NCBI GenBank assembly: GCA_029852775.1
Contig: LEKJ01000061.1
Coordinates: 1-40,000 of the forward strand
Source of the DNA: Pasteurellaceae bacterium LFhippo2
GTDB lineage: Bacteria > Pseudomonadota > Gammaproteobacteria > Enterobacterales > Pasteurellaceae
Length of the DNA stretch: 40,000 bases
Direction: 5' to 3'
Part shown: positions 1 to 9,842 of the stretch, piece after piece
How the letters are laid out: every line of letters begins with the position of its first letter
Numbering within the stretch: the stretch's first letter is position 1
Notes under the pieces: model-generated
Seen by the model: the letters and a program-made list of their open reading frames with translations, nothing else
Databases searched by the model: none
Told to the model about the DNA's origin: nothing
Made by a program: the position numbers and the translations under genes

Positions 1-24
1 TGAGAGACAGTATCTACATTGGTT

Positions 25-51
25 AAAAAAACCTGCCATCAGGCAGGTTTT
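25..51 (-). terminator. Rho-independent terminator downstream of ackA
   Basis: Stem CCTGCC (32-37) / GGCAGG (42-47) with a 4-nt loop. The A-run 25-31 reads as a U-run on the minus-strand transcript. It begins a few nt after the ackA stop (57-59). Confidence 0.7.
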
Positions 52-56
52 GGATA

Positions 57-1256
57 TTATAACGCTAATTTAGCTGCGTCTTGCGCAATCACTAACTCTT
101 CGTTAGTTGGGATTACAAATGCACGGAATGCTGAATCTGCTGTTGTAATTTCGCCTGATTTGCCGAAACGTGCTGCAGTATTTTTCTCTGCATCTACTTT
201 AATACCGAATAGTTTTAAGTAGTTTAACGTTAATTCACGTACTGGACCTGCGTTTTCACCGATACCACCAGTGAATACGATAGCGTCTAAACGGTCACCG
301 ATTACAGCCATGTATGAACCGATATATTTTGCTAAACGGTAGCAGAAGTTGTCCATTGCACGTTTTGCTTCTGGGTGAGTAGAGTAGTTATCTTCTGCAA
401 AACGGCAGTCGCTAGTTACTTCAGTTAAACCCAATAAACCAGATTTTTTCACTAAAGTATCTTCGATATCTTTAACAGACATACCTAAAGTATTGTGCAT
501 GAAGAAGATGATCGCAGGATCGATATCACCTGAACGAGTACCCATTACTAAACCTTCTAATGGAGTGAAACCCATTGAAGTATCGATACATTTACCATCA
601 CGGATTGCAGCAACAGAACCACCGTTACCTAAGTGGCAAGTGATTACGTTTACTTTATCAGCATCAACACCAACAACTTTAGCAGCTTCACGGCTTACAT
701 AGTAGTGGCTAGTACCGTGGAAACCGTAACGACGAACACCGTGCTCTTTGTATAAAGAGTATGGTAATGCATATAAGTATGCTTCTTCAGGCATTGTTTG
801 GTGGAATGCTGTATCGAATACTGCTACGTTTTTCTCTTTTAATTCAGGGAATGCTTTGAATGCTTCTTGAATACCGATTAAGTGAGCAGGGTTGTGAAGT
901 GGAGCGTATGCCGCTGCATCTTCGATACCTTTTAATACTTCTGGTGTGATCACTGTAGAAGAAGTGTATTTTTCACCGCCGTGAACGATACGGTGACCGA
1001 TAGCGCCGATACTGTCTTTTAATTCTGCGCTTAAGATATTTGACACGATGTAGTTAAGTGCTTGACTGTGAGCTGCGCCTGCGCCTAAATTTGCAGCGCC
1101 TTTCTCGCCGTTTAATTTCCATTTGATGCGCGCATCTTCAAGGTTGAAGTTCTCAGCAAGACCAGATAATTTCTCGTCGCCTGATACAGGATCTAAGATA
1201 GCGAATTTTAATGAAGAGCTACCACAGTTAAGAATAAATACAAGATTTTTTGACAT
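57..1256 (-). CDS. ackA: Acetate kinase
   Basis: The translation from the internal ATG (1254-1256) begins [23 protein letters not shown], the classic AckA N-terminus. Family similarity runs full length ([43 protein letters not shown]). The 21 upstream codons in the ORF track look like an in-frame artefact. Confidence 0.95.
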   Translation of the reverse strand: MSKNLVFILNCGSSSLKFAILDPVSGDEKLSGLAENFNLEDARIKWKLNGEKGAANLGAGAAHSQALNYIVSNILSAELKDSIGAIGHRIVHGGEKYTSSTVITPEVLKGIEDAAAYAPLHNPAHLIGIQEAFKAFPELKEKNVAVFDTAFHQTMPEEAYLYALPYSLYKEHGVRRYGFHGTSHYYVSREAAKVVGVDADKVNVITCHLGNGGSVAAIRDGKCIDTSMGFTPLEGLVMGTRSGDIDPAIIFFMHNTLGMSVKDIEDTLVKKSGLLGLTEVTSDCRFAEDNYSTHPEAKRAMDNFCYRLAKYIGSYMAVIGDRLDAIVFTGGIGENAGPVRELTLNYLKLFGIKVDAEKNTAARFGKSGEITTADSAFRAFVIPTNEELVIAQDAAKLAL

Positions 1257-1511
1257 TGTCGAAACACCTATTATGTTAATAAATAAAGAACACGTTTTTA
1301 CGAACGTGGAAACTCGCATATGATACGCTTTTCTGAAATGAAAATAAATTGTTATTGAAATGAAAAGAGCAGAAAAGTTAATTAAATTTCTAATAGTTGC
1401 ATTTATTAGTTTATATTATTTAACATAATCTACGTTATGCGAATTTTTATTATGGAAGTGTCGAAGCTTTTAAGTTATAATTCAAATCCCATTTTTCCTA
1501 TGAGAGTTACT

Positions 1512-2123
1512 ATGTTTAAGCGAATTATCAATCTCATTAATAAGCCATTTCGCCAATCTATCAATAAACGTAATCAGCTGAAGTTAACAAATAGCAATTT
1601 CTCAGTGATTTCTAGCAATTGTAATGGCGCATTGATACTACACGATTTAGGGCAAAAATTTAATTCGCCTTTTGTGAATCTCTATCTTGAGCCGAAAGAT
1701 TTTATTAAATACTTAAAAAATCTTTCTCATTATATGCAAGCAGAATTAAGGTTTATTGAAACAAATCGTTCTTACCCTGTTGCTAAACTCGATGATATTA
1801 CGATTTACTTTATGCATTATCATTCAGAACAGGAAGCTCGTGAAAAATGGCAAGAGCGTACAAAACGAATCAATTTAAATAACCTTTTTATTATCTTTAC
1901 AGATAGGGACGGTTGTACTTACCAAGATTTGGTCGATTTTGATAACCTTACATATGAAAATAAAATTGTATTCACCCATAAGCCGTATCCAGAATTAAAA
2001 TCTACGTTTTATATTCAAGGTTTTGAGCAAAGCCACCAAGTTGGCGATTTGTTCGATTATTCAGGATTGTTCGGTAACAAATATTATGACCAGTTTGATT
2101 ATGTAAGTTGGTTTAATAGATAA
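1512..2123 (+). CDS. DUF1919-family protein (family usually found in exopolysaccharide/LPS loci)
   Basis: The motif SVISSNCNGALILHDLGQKFNSPFVNLYL matches my recollection of the DUF1919 N-terminal signature. Start chosen at ATG 1512 (MFKRIINL). Composition is AT-rich. Confidence 0.5.
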   Translation: MFKRIINLINKPFRQSINKRNQLKLTNSNFSVISSNCNGALILHDLGQKFNSPFVNLYLEPKDFIKYLKNLSHYMQAELRFIETNRSYPVAKLDDITIYFMHYHSEQEAREKWQERTKRINLNNLFIIFTDRDGCTYQDLVDFDNLTYENKIVFTHKPYPELKSTFYIQGFEQSHQVGDLFDYSGLFGNKYYDQFDYVSWFNR

Positions 2124-2129
2124 AAATAA

Positions 2130-2164
2130 AGAGAAGTTAGCGGATATATTCAACTAACTTCTCT
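2130..2164. terminator. Hairpin between the convergent DUF1919 gene and hypE (probable bidirectional terminator)
   Basis: Perfect 11-bp stem AGAGAAGTTAG (2130-2140) / CTAACTTCTCT (2154-2164) with a 13-nt loop and A/T-rich flanks on both sides. Confidence 0.5.
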
Positions 2165-2217
2165 TATAAATAAAAAATTACAACCGGTTATTTTTCTTTG
2201 ATTTTTTGCAAAAATAA

Positions 2218-3231
2218 TTAACAAATTCTCGGCAAAGGTTCATTCGTTGGTAAATCTAATAAACGACTTTGCCCAAAGATTCCAATTACTCTGACACTCT
2301 TATCTGCAGTTACCTCGCCTATGATTGCAGCATTTTCCCCTAGTTTGTGAGATCTTAAGGCCTCTAAGGCTTGCTTTGCACAATCCGCTTTTACTGCAAC
2401 AACTAGTTTTCCTTCATTTGCAAAGTTTAGGGCATCTAGTCCAAGCAATTCACAAATACCTCTAACTTCTTTGCGTAAAGGTAATGATTCCTCGTTGATA
2501 GTAATTCCTAGTTTCTGAGCGGCTGAAAATTCGTGTAATACAGCATTTACTCCACCTCTTGTCGCATCTCGAACTGCTTTAATACCTTCAACCTCTCGTA
2601 ATTTTTCAATAAGGGGGGTTAATACTGCGCAATCACTTTGCAAATCTGTTTGTATTCCTAGGTTTTCACGAGTATTTAGGATTGCTGTACCGTGATCCCC
2701 AATAGTGCCACTGACAATTATTTTATCCCCGACTTCAATTTTGTGAGTTCCCCAGTCGATATTTTTGGGGATAACACCAATTCCACTGGTATTGATAAAT
2801 ATTTTATCTACAGAGCCTTTTTGAACAACTTTTGTATCTCCAGTAACAATTTGAATATTATTTTCTTGGCACGTTTGTGCCATTGCGCGAATTACCAGTT
2901 TTAAATCATCTAATGGAAATCCTTCTTCTAAGATAAACCCACAGGATAAATATTTAGGGATGGCGCCACTTACGGCAATATCATTCGCTGTACCACAAAC
3001 TGCTAATTTACCGATATTCCCTCCAGGGAAAAAAATGGGGTCAATAACAAAACTATCTGTAGAAAACGCTAATTTATCCCCTGTTTTAATTAACTCATCT
3101 AAGGGTAATCGGGCTTGATCTTCGCCTTGAGTAAGAAACGGATTATCAAAGGCTTCTACAAAATAAAGATTGATTAATTGTTGCATTGCAGCCCCACCGT
3201 TACCGTGTGACATCATAATTACGCCAGACAT
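2218..3231 (-). CDS. hypE: [NiFe]-hydrogenase maturation protein HypE (carbamoyl dehydratase)
   Basis: N-terminal HGNGG motif, strong full-length HypE similarity (GNIGKLAVCGTANDIAVSGA, DATRGGV), and the diagnostic C-terminal PRIC. GGAG RBS lies upstream of ATG 3231. Confidence 0.95.
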   Translation of the reverse strand: MSGVIMMSHGNGGAAMQQLINLYFVEAFDNPFLTQGEDQARLPLDELIKTGDKLAFSTDSFVIDPIFFPGGNIGKLAVCGTANDIAVSGAIPKYLSCGFILEEGFPLDDLKLVIRAMAQTCQENNIQIVTGDTKVVQKGSVDKIFINTSGIGVIPKNIDWGTHKIEVGDKIIVSGTIGDHGTAILNTRENLGIQTDLQSDCAVLTPLIEKLREVEGIKAVRDATRGGVNAVLHEFSAAQKLGITINEESLPLRKEVRGICELLGLDALNFANEGKLVVAVKADCAKQALEALRSHKLGENAAIIGEVTADKSVRVIGIFGQSRLLDLPTNEPLPRIC

Positions 3232-3239
3232 ACTCTCTC

Positions 3240-4352
3240 CTACTCTCTACGATATTGGTAATAGGCTGCACACGCGCCTTCGCTTGAAACCATTAATGCA
3301 CCATAAGCATTATCTGGATTACAACTTGTTGCAAACAATGGGCAATCTGATGGGTGGCATTTTCCAGTTAGAACATCACCACAGCGGGAATTTGGGTCAT
3401 CCGCCACTTTATGTGCTTTGCTTTGGAAATGAATTTCAGCATCAAATTGGCGATATGCTTCGGTGAGTTCCACTCCCGAATTTTCAATTTCGCCTAAACC
3501 ACGCCATTCACTGCTACTTTTTAGTTGGAATACCTCACTTAGTGCGTTTTGTGCTAGAAGATTTCCACCTTCTAACACAATCCGTTTATACTGATTTTCC
3601 ACTTCACATCGTCCATCAACAAATTGCTCTACGAGCATAACGATAGATTGTAAAATATCCAATGGTTCAAACCCTGTAACAACAAAAGGTTTATGATAAT
3701 CTTGGCACAAAGTTTGGTAAGGATAGGTTCCAATAATCATACTGACGTGACCAGGTGCAATAAAGCCATCAATTTTTACTTGATCATCTGATAAAAGCTG
3801 TTTAAGCGTTGGGATAATGGTGATGTTTTGGCAAACAATCCAAAAATTATTCACATTTTGAGCCTTTGCTTGCTGTAATGTTACTGCTGTACTTGGCATT
3901 GTTGTTTCAAATCCTAAACTAAAAAAGACAACTTTTTTATCGGGATTCTCTTTAGCAAGAGATAATGCATCAATTGGCGAGTAAACAATTCGTACATCTG
4001 CCCCTTTAGACTTCGCTTCAAGTAATGAACCTAACCGCCCTTTCACTCGCATAGCATCACCGAATGTACAAAAAATAACATCTGGTTTATGTGCTATTTC
4101 AATGCAAACATCAATGCGCCCCATTGGAAGAACACACACAGGGCAACCTGGGCCGTGTATAAAAGAGATTGATTTAGGTAAAAGACGATCTAAGCCAAAT
4201 TTAAAAATAGTATGTGTATGACCGCCACATACTTCCATTAAATAAAGCGGTCGTTTTTCATTAAAATTTTGCAACTTATCCATTAATGTATTGAGTCGCT
4301 CTACTAAACTTTTTGCAAGTTTGGGATCGCGAAATTCATCGACAAACTTCAT
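3240..4352 (-). CDS. hypD: [NiFe]-hydrogenase maturation protein HypD
   Basis: MKFVDEFRD start, with the EVCGGHTH, GPGCPVCV, FETT and PGHVS motifs typical of HypD. Confidence 0.95.
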   Translation of the reverse strand: MKFVDEFRDPKLAKSLVERLNTLMDKLQNFNEKRPLYLMEVCGGHTHTIFKFGLDRLLPKSISFIHGPGCPVCVLPMGRIDVCIEIAHKPDVIFCTFGDAMRVKGRLGSLLEAKSKGADVRIVYSPIDALSLAKENPDKKVVFFSLGFETTMPSTAVTLQQAKAQNVNNFWIVCQNITIIPTLKQLLSDDQVKIDGFIAPGHVSMIIGTYPYQTLCQDYHKPFVVTGFEPLDILQSIVMLVEQFVDGRCEVENQYKRIVLEGGNLLAQNALSEVFQLKSSSEWRGLGEIENSGVELTEAYRQFDAEIHFQSKAHKVADDPNSRCGDVLTGKCHPSDCPLFATSCNPDNAYGALMVSSEGACAAYYQYRRE

Positions 4353-4375
4353 AACTTGTCCTCACATCCTTGAAT

Positions 4376-5167
4376 TTACATTTTTAGCCAATCAAGCCAC
4401 GCTTTCAGCCCTTCACCTGTTGTCGCTGAAATTGGAATCACTTTAATATTTGGATTCACTTGTTTCGCATTGGCGATACATTTTTCGACATCAAATTTTA
4501 AATAAGGCAATAGATCGATTTTATTGAGTAACATTAATTGTGACGCGGCAAACATATGCGGATATTTCAATGGTTTATCCTCCCCTTCTGTTACAGAGAG
4601 AATCACCACTTTTGCTTTTTCACCCAAATCAAATTCCGATGGGCAAACTAAATTCCCCACGTTTTCAATAAACAGTAGGCTGTCTGCTTGTGGACGGAGA
4701 TTGACCAATGCTTCTGCAATCATTTGAGCATCTAAATGACAACCTTTGCCAGTGTTGACTTGAATCGCTGGTACGCCTGTTGCACGGATACGTTCGGCAT
4801 CGTTTTCTGTTTGTTGATCGCCCTCTATCACATAACACTCTCTCTCATTTTTAATCGCATCTAGCGTTGTAGTTAGTAATGTTGTTTTGCCAGAACCTGG
4901 GCTTGAAACAAGATTTAACGCTAAAATGCCATTTTTTTCAAAGAGTTCCCGATTTACATCGGCAATTTTGTTGTTTTTGCCTAACACATCTTGTTCAACT
5001 TTTAATAGGCGCTTTTGATGTGCTAGTTGCTCTTCTGGGGAATGAATCATCGAGTGAGAAAATTGAGACATTTTAATTGATAGTGTCTCATTAGAGTGGT
5101 GATGGGAATGAGGTAATGTACCGATTTTTATTTGGTCAGGATGACCACAACCACATGTGCTACACAT
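4376..5167 (-). CDS. hypB: Hydrogenase nickel-insertion GTPase HypB
   Basis: N-terminal MCSTCGCG (high-affinity Ni site CxxCGC), a short His cluster HSHHH, P-loop SSPGSGKTT, and the ENVGNLVCP and NKIDL GTPase motifs. Confidence 0.95.
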   Translation of the reverse strand: MCSTCGCGHPDQIKIGTLPHSHHHSNETLSIKMSQFSHSMIHSPEEQLAHQKRLLKVEQDVLGKNNKIADVNRELFEKNGILALNLVSSPGSGKTTLLTTTLDAIKNERECYVIEGDQQTENDAERIRATGVPAIQVNTGKGCHLDAQMIAEALVNLRPQADSLLFIENVGNLVCPSEFDLGEKAKVVILSVTEGEDKPLKYPHMFAASQLMLLNKIDLLPYLKFDVEKCIANAKQVNPNIKVIPISATTGEGLKAWLDWLKM

Positions 5168-5224
5168 ATTGTATCTCCCTATAAAATATACGGAAGCAAC
5201 ATAACATTAACAGAAAAATTTGAT

Positions 5225-5238
5225 TTGATAGAGATCAT
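5225..5238. promoter_or_regulatory. FNR-like box in the hypB/hypA divergent region
   Basis: TTGAT-AGAG-ATCAT matches 9/10 of the FNR consensus TTGAT-N4-ATCAA. It lies in the 127-bp hypB-hypA intergenic region. Confidence 0.45.
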
Positions 5239-5294
5239 CAAATCCGAAAATTATGCTAAATTAATGCAAGTTTATGGTTTTCATCGGAGGAGCT

Positions 5295-5639
5295 ATGCAC
5301 GAACTTTCACTTGCTCAAAATATTATGGATATTGTTGAAGAGCAATGCCGTAAAAATAATGTCAATAAAGTAACAGCTTTATGGTTAGAATTGGGAGTGC
5401 TGTCTTGTGTAGAACAAAGTGCATTGGAGTTTTGTTTTGAAATGATTACAAAAGATACCGTTGCTGAAAACTGCCAAATCCATTTTATTCCCATACCTGC
5501 CCTAGCTTACTGTTGGCAATGTCAAAAACAGGTTGAGATTCAAATCAACCACAACGCCTGTCCACATTGTAATAGCACACATCTGCAACACCGTATGGGT
5601 AATGAATTGAGAATTCGAGAAATTGAAGTTAAAGTGTAG
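5295..5639 (+). CDS. hypA: Hydrogenase nickel-insertion protein HypA
   Basis: MHELSLAQNIMD start (the MHE N-terminus is the Ni site), zinc site CWQC...CPHC, and GGAGG RBS at 5286-5290. The upstream 7 codons in the ORF track were discarded. Confidence 0.9.
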   Translation: MHELSLAQNIMDIVEEQCRKNNVNKVTALWLELGVLSCVEQSALEFCFEMITKDTVAENCQIHFIPIPALAYCWQCQKQVEIQINHNACPHCNSTHLQHRMGNELRIREIEVKV

Positions 5640-5655
5640 AGATTCTACACTCGCT

Positions 5656-5677
5656 TGTAGGGTGACTTTAGCCCACC
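5656..5677 (+). repeat. Degenerate copy of a REP-like element (TGTAGGGTG.CTTTAGCCCACC)
   Basis: Near-identical to the reverse complement of 5801-5823, with one base missing or changed in the left stem arm. Confidence 0.5.
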
Positions 5678-5692
5678 GATATTTATTAGATT

Positions 5693-5701
5693 ACAAGCGG
5701 T
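5693..5701 (+). repeat. Apl-type DNA uptake signal sequence (ACAAGCGGT)
   Basis: Exact 9-mer. Confidence 0.7.
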
Positions 5702-5749
5702 ATGATTTCAAGAAAAATTTGCAAATTTATTGATAAATCATACCGCTTG
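5694..5749. repeat. Inverted USS pair forming a 15-bp hairpin downstream of hypA
   Basis: CAAGCGGTATGATTT (5694-5708) is the perfect reverse complement of AAATCATACCGCTTG (5735-5749), with a 26-nt loop. The right arm is an 8/9 USS on the minus strand. Confidence 0.6.
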
Positions 5750-5788
5750 ATCAGTATATGGGGGTAAATTATATGCTAATGAGAAATA

Positions 5789-5823
5789 TAAAAAAAATAA
5801 GGTGGGCTAAAGCCCACCCTACG
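5789..5823 (-). terminator. REP-like hairpin acting as a rho-independent terminator of fdhF
   Basis: Stem GGTGGGC (5801-5807) / GCCCACC (5812-5818) with a 4-nt loop. On the minus strand it is followed by TTATTTTTTTT and starts about 15 nt after the fdhF stop. The CGTAGGG head (minus strand) is shared with the element at 26793-26814. Confidence 0.7.
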
Positions 5824-5837
5824 TTTTATTGCGAGCA

Positions 5838-7991
5838 TTATGCTGCTAATGCCGTTTCTTTTAATCGAGCTTTTAGTTTCGTATATTCTGTTACAACATA
5901 CTGCTCTGCCCAATTTTGATCTTCAATTTTATCGATACGCACCGCGCTGTACTTGTACTCTGGTGTTCTTGAACCAGGATTTAAGTGCTCAGCGGTAAGT
6001 TCGTTACATTTACCGATCCACCATTGATACGTCATATAGCAAGCTCCCCTATTGGTTCGCGTGCTTACATCCGCACGAGAGATAACTTTACCGCGAGAAG
6101 ATGAAATCCAAACCAAATCATTATTTTTAATGCCTAATTCTTTGGCGTCTTGGTCATTCATTTGAACAAATCCTGGTTCATCAGCAAGCGCTGCTAATGC
6201 ACGGCAGTTACCTGTCATTGAACGACAAGAATAGTGTCCAACTTCACGTACGGTTGAAAGCACAAGAGGGAACTCTTCAGAGACTTCTTCCATTGGGGGC
6301 TCCCAATCGCAAGCAAAGAATTCTGCTTTGCCGTTTGGACGGTCAAAAATTTGACCTTTATACAAGTATTGTGTACCTTGATCCTCTTCACCTTCGTCAT
6401 AGCAAGGCCATTGGATATAACCTAAACCTTCCATTTTTTCGTAGGTTGCACCTTTATAGATATCACAGAGTGAGCGCAATTCATCCCAAATTTCTTTGGT
6501 GTTATTGTAGTGCATTGGGTAGCCAAGAGCAGTTGCCAATTCACTGATGATTTGCCAGTCATCTTTTACATTTCCGGTTGGTTCCACCGCTTTATAGAAA
6601 CGTTGGAAACCACGGTCTGCAGCACTATAAACCCCTTCATGTTCTGCACATGAGGTTGCTGGGAAAATAACATCTGCTTCCGCAGCTGTTTGAGTCATAA
6701 AGATGTCTTGAACAATGATGAATTCTAAATCTTTGAAAGTTTGTTTCATTGCATTTAGATCTGGTTCTGTTTGAAGAGTATCTTCCCCCATAATATAAAA
6801 TGCTTTGATTTTTCCTTCATGCACTGCATGTGGCACTTCACTGAGTGGTACACCCGGTTTGGTATTTAAAGATTCAACGCCCCACGCTTTCGCAAATTTT
6901 GCCATTGCAACAGGATCATTTAAACTTTGGTAACCAGGAAGCGTATTATATAAAGCTCCCATATCGCAAGCACCTTGAACGTTGTTTTGACCACGTACAG
7001 GGTTAACCCCCACATTTGGTTTACCAAGGTTACCTGTAAGCATTGCAAGACTCGCTAAAGCTCGAACAGTTTCAACACCTTGTTTGAATTGACATACGCC
7101 CATTCCCCAAAGGATTGTTGCTGTTTCTGCTTTTGCATAAGTACGAGCGATATCTCGTAACATATCAGGTTCTATACCAGTGATATGCTGTGTACTTTCA
7201 GGTGTATAAGCTTTGACAGTTTCATAGAAAGCATCAAAATTTTCTGTATGCTCATCAATGAATTTTTGATCTTGGAGACCTTCTTCCAAGATAACATTCA
7301 TCATCGCATTTAAGAAAGCAACGTTACTACCGTTTGCAAGCGGTGCGTAAATGTCCGCAATTCGCGCTGTTTCAATTTTACGCGGGTCACAAACAATAAT
7401 TTTTGCCCCTTTCGCTTTTGCGTGATTAATTCGACGCGCGACAATAGGATGAGAAGTTGAGGCATTATAGCCAAAGATAAAGACGCATTTTGTATCTTCA
7501 ATCTCAACGATTGAGTTAGACATCGCACCATTACCGACCGATTTGAGCAGACCTGCTACTGATGGGCCGTGTCAGACGCGAGCACAACAATCGACGTTGT
7601 TATTGCCTAACACTGCGCGTGCAAATTTTTGCATCACGTAGTTTACTTCATTACCTGGTCCTCGGGATGAACCCGTTACCATAATGGATTCATTACCGTA
7701 TTTATCTTTAATTTCTTTTAAGCGTTTAGCTGAATAAGAAATTGCTTCTTCCCAAGATACTGGGGTGAAAGCCTCACCACGATTGTAACGAATCATTGGT
7801 TGGGTTAGGCGTGGGGTAAGAATTTTTGTGTCATGGACGAAATCCCATCCATAATACCCTTTCAGGCAAAGTTCGCCCTCATTGGTTTTTCCGTTTGCAC
7901 CTTCAGCTCCCACAATTTTGTTGTTTTCAACCAAAAGATTGATTTTACAACCTGAAGCGCAATACGGACAGACAGTTACTACTTTTTTCAT
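5838..7991 (-). CDS. fdhF: Formate dehydrogenase H, selenocysteine-containing (717 aa, Sec at codon 140)
   Basis: ORFs 7572-7991 and 5838-7523 are in the same frame, separated only by TGA (7572-7574). Read-through gives ...NNVDCCARV-U-HGPSVAGLLKSVGNGAMSN..., the conserved FdhF active-site context with Sec at the same position (140) as in E. coli FdhF. N-terminal CPYCASGC 4Fe-4S motif is present. Confidence 0.9.
7533..7571 (-). other. Bacterial SECIS element immediately 3' of the fdhF UGA
   Basis: The mRNA reads UGA CAC GGC CCA UCA GUA GCA GGU CUG CUC AAA UCG GUC GGU. The apical hairpin is G-(U bulge)-AGCA [GGUC] UGCU-C. It has the same GGUC loop and bulged U as I remember for the E. coli fdhF SECIS, at the same distance from the UGA. 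Confidence 0.75.
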
Positions 7992-8113
7992 AATCTTGTC
8001 CTTATGTTACAAATTAAGATCAACTGACATAAGATAATCACTAGAAATAATTAACTTACACAATTATCATACGCTTGTTTGTGAAATATTGTTCAATAAC
8101 TCGCGTTCCCTTT

Positions 8114-8127
8114 TTGATATAACTCAA
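8114..8127. promoter_or_regulatory. FNR-like box upstream of fdhF
   Basis: TTGAT-ATAA-CTCAA matches 9/10 of TTGAT-N4-ATCAA, about 130 nt upstream of the fdhF ATG (7991), in the 141-bp hycI-fdhF spacer. Confidence 0.4.
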
Positions 8128-8132
8128 AATCT

Positions 8133-8588
8133 TTATAATTTCTCGATTTGACTAATATCTCCACGTTTAATCAAATCATATAAATGTTCTACTCCATTTT
8201 TAACTTTATCCGCCAGTGGAAACATAAAAGACACAACATCAGGCTGAATACCTACAAACACAACCTCTTCAATATCCGTTTCCAGTTGCTCAATCAGAAA
8301 ATTCAATGGCATATTATGTGTGCTCATAAAGAACATTTCTGCAATTAAGTCTTTATCGACGGTTCTCAATGCTCCTACCTCCTGTCCCATTTCTGTTGCA
8401 TCCACAATCAGCAGTTGTTTTGGCTTCATTTCTCGAATGAGATGAGAAACATTCTCTGGCGTAGAGCCACCGTCGACTGCACTCCAGGTTTCGATAGGCT
8501 TCTCTTGCATTAGTTGGAAGAGATAGGGGCCAGCCCCATCATCTCCCATCATCGCATTACCTACCGTTAAAACAACGTTTTCACTCAT
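8133..8588 (-). CDS. hycI: Hydrogenase large-subunit C-terminal maturation endopeptidase (HycI type)
   Basis: N-terminus VLTVGNAMMGDDGAGPYL matches the HycI signature (GNxMMGDDGAGP). Size is about 150 aa. Confidence 0.9.
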   Translation of the reverse strand: MSENVVLTVGNAMMGDDGAGPYLFQLMQEKPIETWSAVDGGSTPENVSHLIREMKPKQLLIVDATEMGQEVGALRTVDKDLIAEMFFMSTHNMPLNFLIEQLETDIEEVVFVGIQPDVVSFMFPLADKVKNGVEHLYDLIKRGDISQIEKL

Positions 8589-8597
8589 ACAATATCC

Positions 8598-9005
8598 TTA
8601 TTCATCACGACGTTTCACCATAATATACATCACAGGCTCTTTTTGAATTGACGCAAGTGTATCTAACAAAATCTCCGCCCATTCCCGATGAAGCTCAGTC
8701 ATATTTGGCTTATTTTCATCAAGTGCTCGGGCTAATAAATTGACATGGCTACTGTCAATGACAATCTCTCCAAATCGAATTAATCCTGCCAATTTACGGC
8801 GAGCATCACCTTCAGGAAAACTCTGAACAAATGCTTGATACTCTTCATAATCCGCTACGATAATTTTCTTAAAACAATCAATAACTCCCGTGTGATGGCC
8901 TATTGCTAAAGAGTAATACATAACCTCTTTAGCAGCCTCTGGGATTTGATCATCGTTATCGACAAAGCGCTGATTTAATAAATAAAAGATAACATTAGTT
9001 GCCAT
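8598..9005 (-). CDS. hyfJ: Formate hydrogenlyase maturation protein HyfJ/HycH
   Basis: 135 aa. YYSLAIGHHTGVIDC and FGEIVIDSSHV match remembered HycH/HyfJ motifs. Confidence 0.85.
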   Translation of the reverse strand: MATNVIFYLLNQRFVDNDDQIPEAAKEVMYYSLAIGHHTGVIDCFKKIIVADYEEYQAFVQSFPEGDARRKLAGLIRFGEIVIDSSHVNLLARALDENKPNMTELHREWAEILLDTLASIQKEPVMYIMVKRRDE

Positions 9006-9053
9006 ACTTACTCCTTAGTGGCTTGCAAAATCCATAGATTATCCTACCGCTTG

Positions 9054-9830
9054 CTAACCTGAAAATGGATGACTGATATTGTGCAAGCGAGTAATAATTT
9101 CCGCTAAACGAGGATCTTTCTCTCGTTCTAAGAAACTTCCCAAGCGCACACCAAATGGCTCTGCATTTTGTTCACTCATCATCGCCATAAATTTATCTGC
9201 AATATCTCCACCTTGACGATAGCCAGCCAAGCGTCTTGCTTCACGTTCGAGAGCAACTCTCAAATCATAAGGAATATTTGGGAAGCGTACATTAACATCC
9301 GCACTTGGATCAGCAATTTCATTTTTACCCTTCAATTTTTGATCGAGTAAACCTAATGCCATTGCAAATCCGTAAATAGTCGCTGCAGGTGTTGGTGGAC
9401 AGCCTGGGATATATACATCTATAGGTACGATTTGGTCAGAACCACCCCATACACAGTAGAGATCATGGAAGATCCCGCCGCTACAACCACATGCTCCGTA
9501 AGAAATACAGATTTTCGGGTCTGGAGCTGCTTGGTAAGCTCGCATTGCAGGTGTACGCATTGAGCGTGTTACCGCGCCAGTGAACAGTAAAATATCCGCA
9601 TGGCGAGGTGAAGCAACAACTTTGATACCAAAACGTTCTGCGTCAAAAATAGGGGTGATGGTACTGAAAATTTCGATTTCACAACCATTACAGCCACCAC
9701 AGTCCACGCGGTAAACATAGGCTGAGCGCTGAATATCTTTCAGCAACGTCTGTTTCATTTTGGCAATACTTTCGTCGGTAGAAAATGGTGTAGAGATTCC
9801 GTTTACAGGCATTGGAATTTGTGTGTTCAT
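9054..9830 (-). CDS. hyfI: Hydrogenase-4 small subunit (NuoB-like) HyfI/HycG
   Basis: [39 protein letters not shown] and YIPGCPPTP are NuoB/HycG 4Fe-4S cluster motifs. Confidence 0.9.
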   Translation of the reverse strand: MNTQIPMPVNGISTPFSTDESIAKMKQTLLKDIQRSAYVYRVDCGGCNGCEIEIFSTITPIFDAERFGIKVVASPRHADILLFTGAVTRSMRTPAMRAYQAAPDPKICISYGACGCSGGIFHDLYCVWGGSDQIVPIDVYIPGCPPTPAATIYGFAMALGLLDQKLKGKNEIADPSADVNVRFPNIPYDLRVALEREARRLAGYRQGGDIADKFMAMMSEQNAEPFGVRLGSFLEREKDPRLAEIITRLHNISHPFSG

Positions 9831-9842
9831 ATCAGTTTCTCC

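Noticed and set aside
1257-1319. N-terminal extensions in the ORF track: ackA 21 codons, DUF1919 25, hypA 7, hyfG 13, hyfB 8, hypC 2, nikK 15, nikL 11 and glnS 28.
   Set aside because: In each case an internal ATG with a proper SD reproduces the conserved family N-terminus (for example [27 protein letters not shown]). The extensions start at weak or alternative codons such as TTG or GTG.
5758-5920. A roughly 53-codon ORF starting at ATG 5758 and running through the REP-like element into the antisense of the fdhF 3' end.
   Set aside because: It has no SD, it overlaps a terminator hairpin and a well-supported gene on the other strand, and its translation has no recognisable features.
7524-7574. 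fdhF looks like a disrupted gene or pseudogene, because the ORF track shows two ORFs with a gap.
   Set aside because: The fragments are in the same frame. The only interruption is a TGA in the conserved Sec position (codon 140), followed by a SECIS-like hairpin. Selenocysteine recoding explains it.
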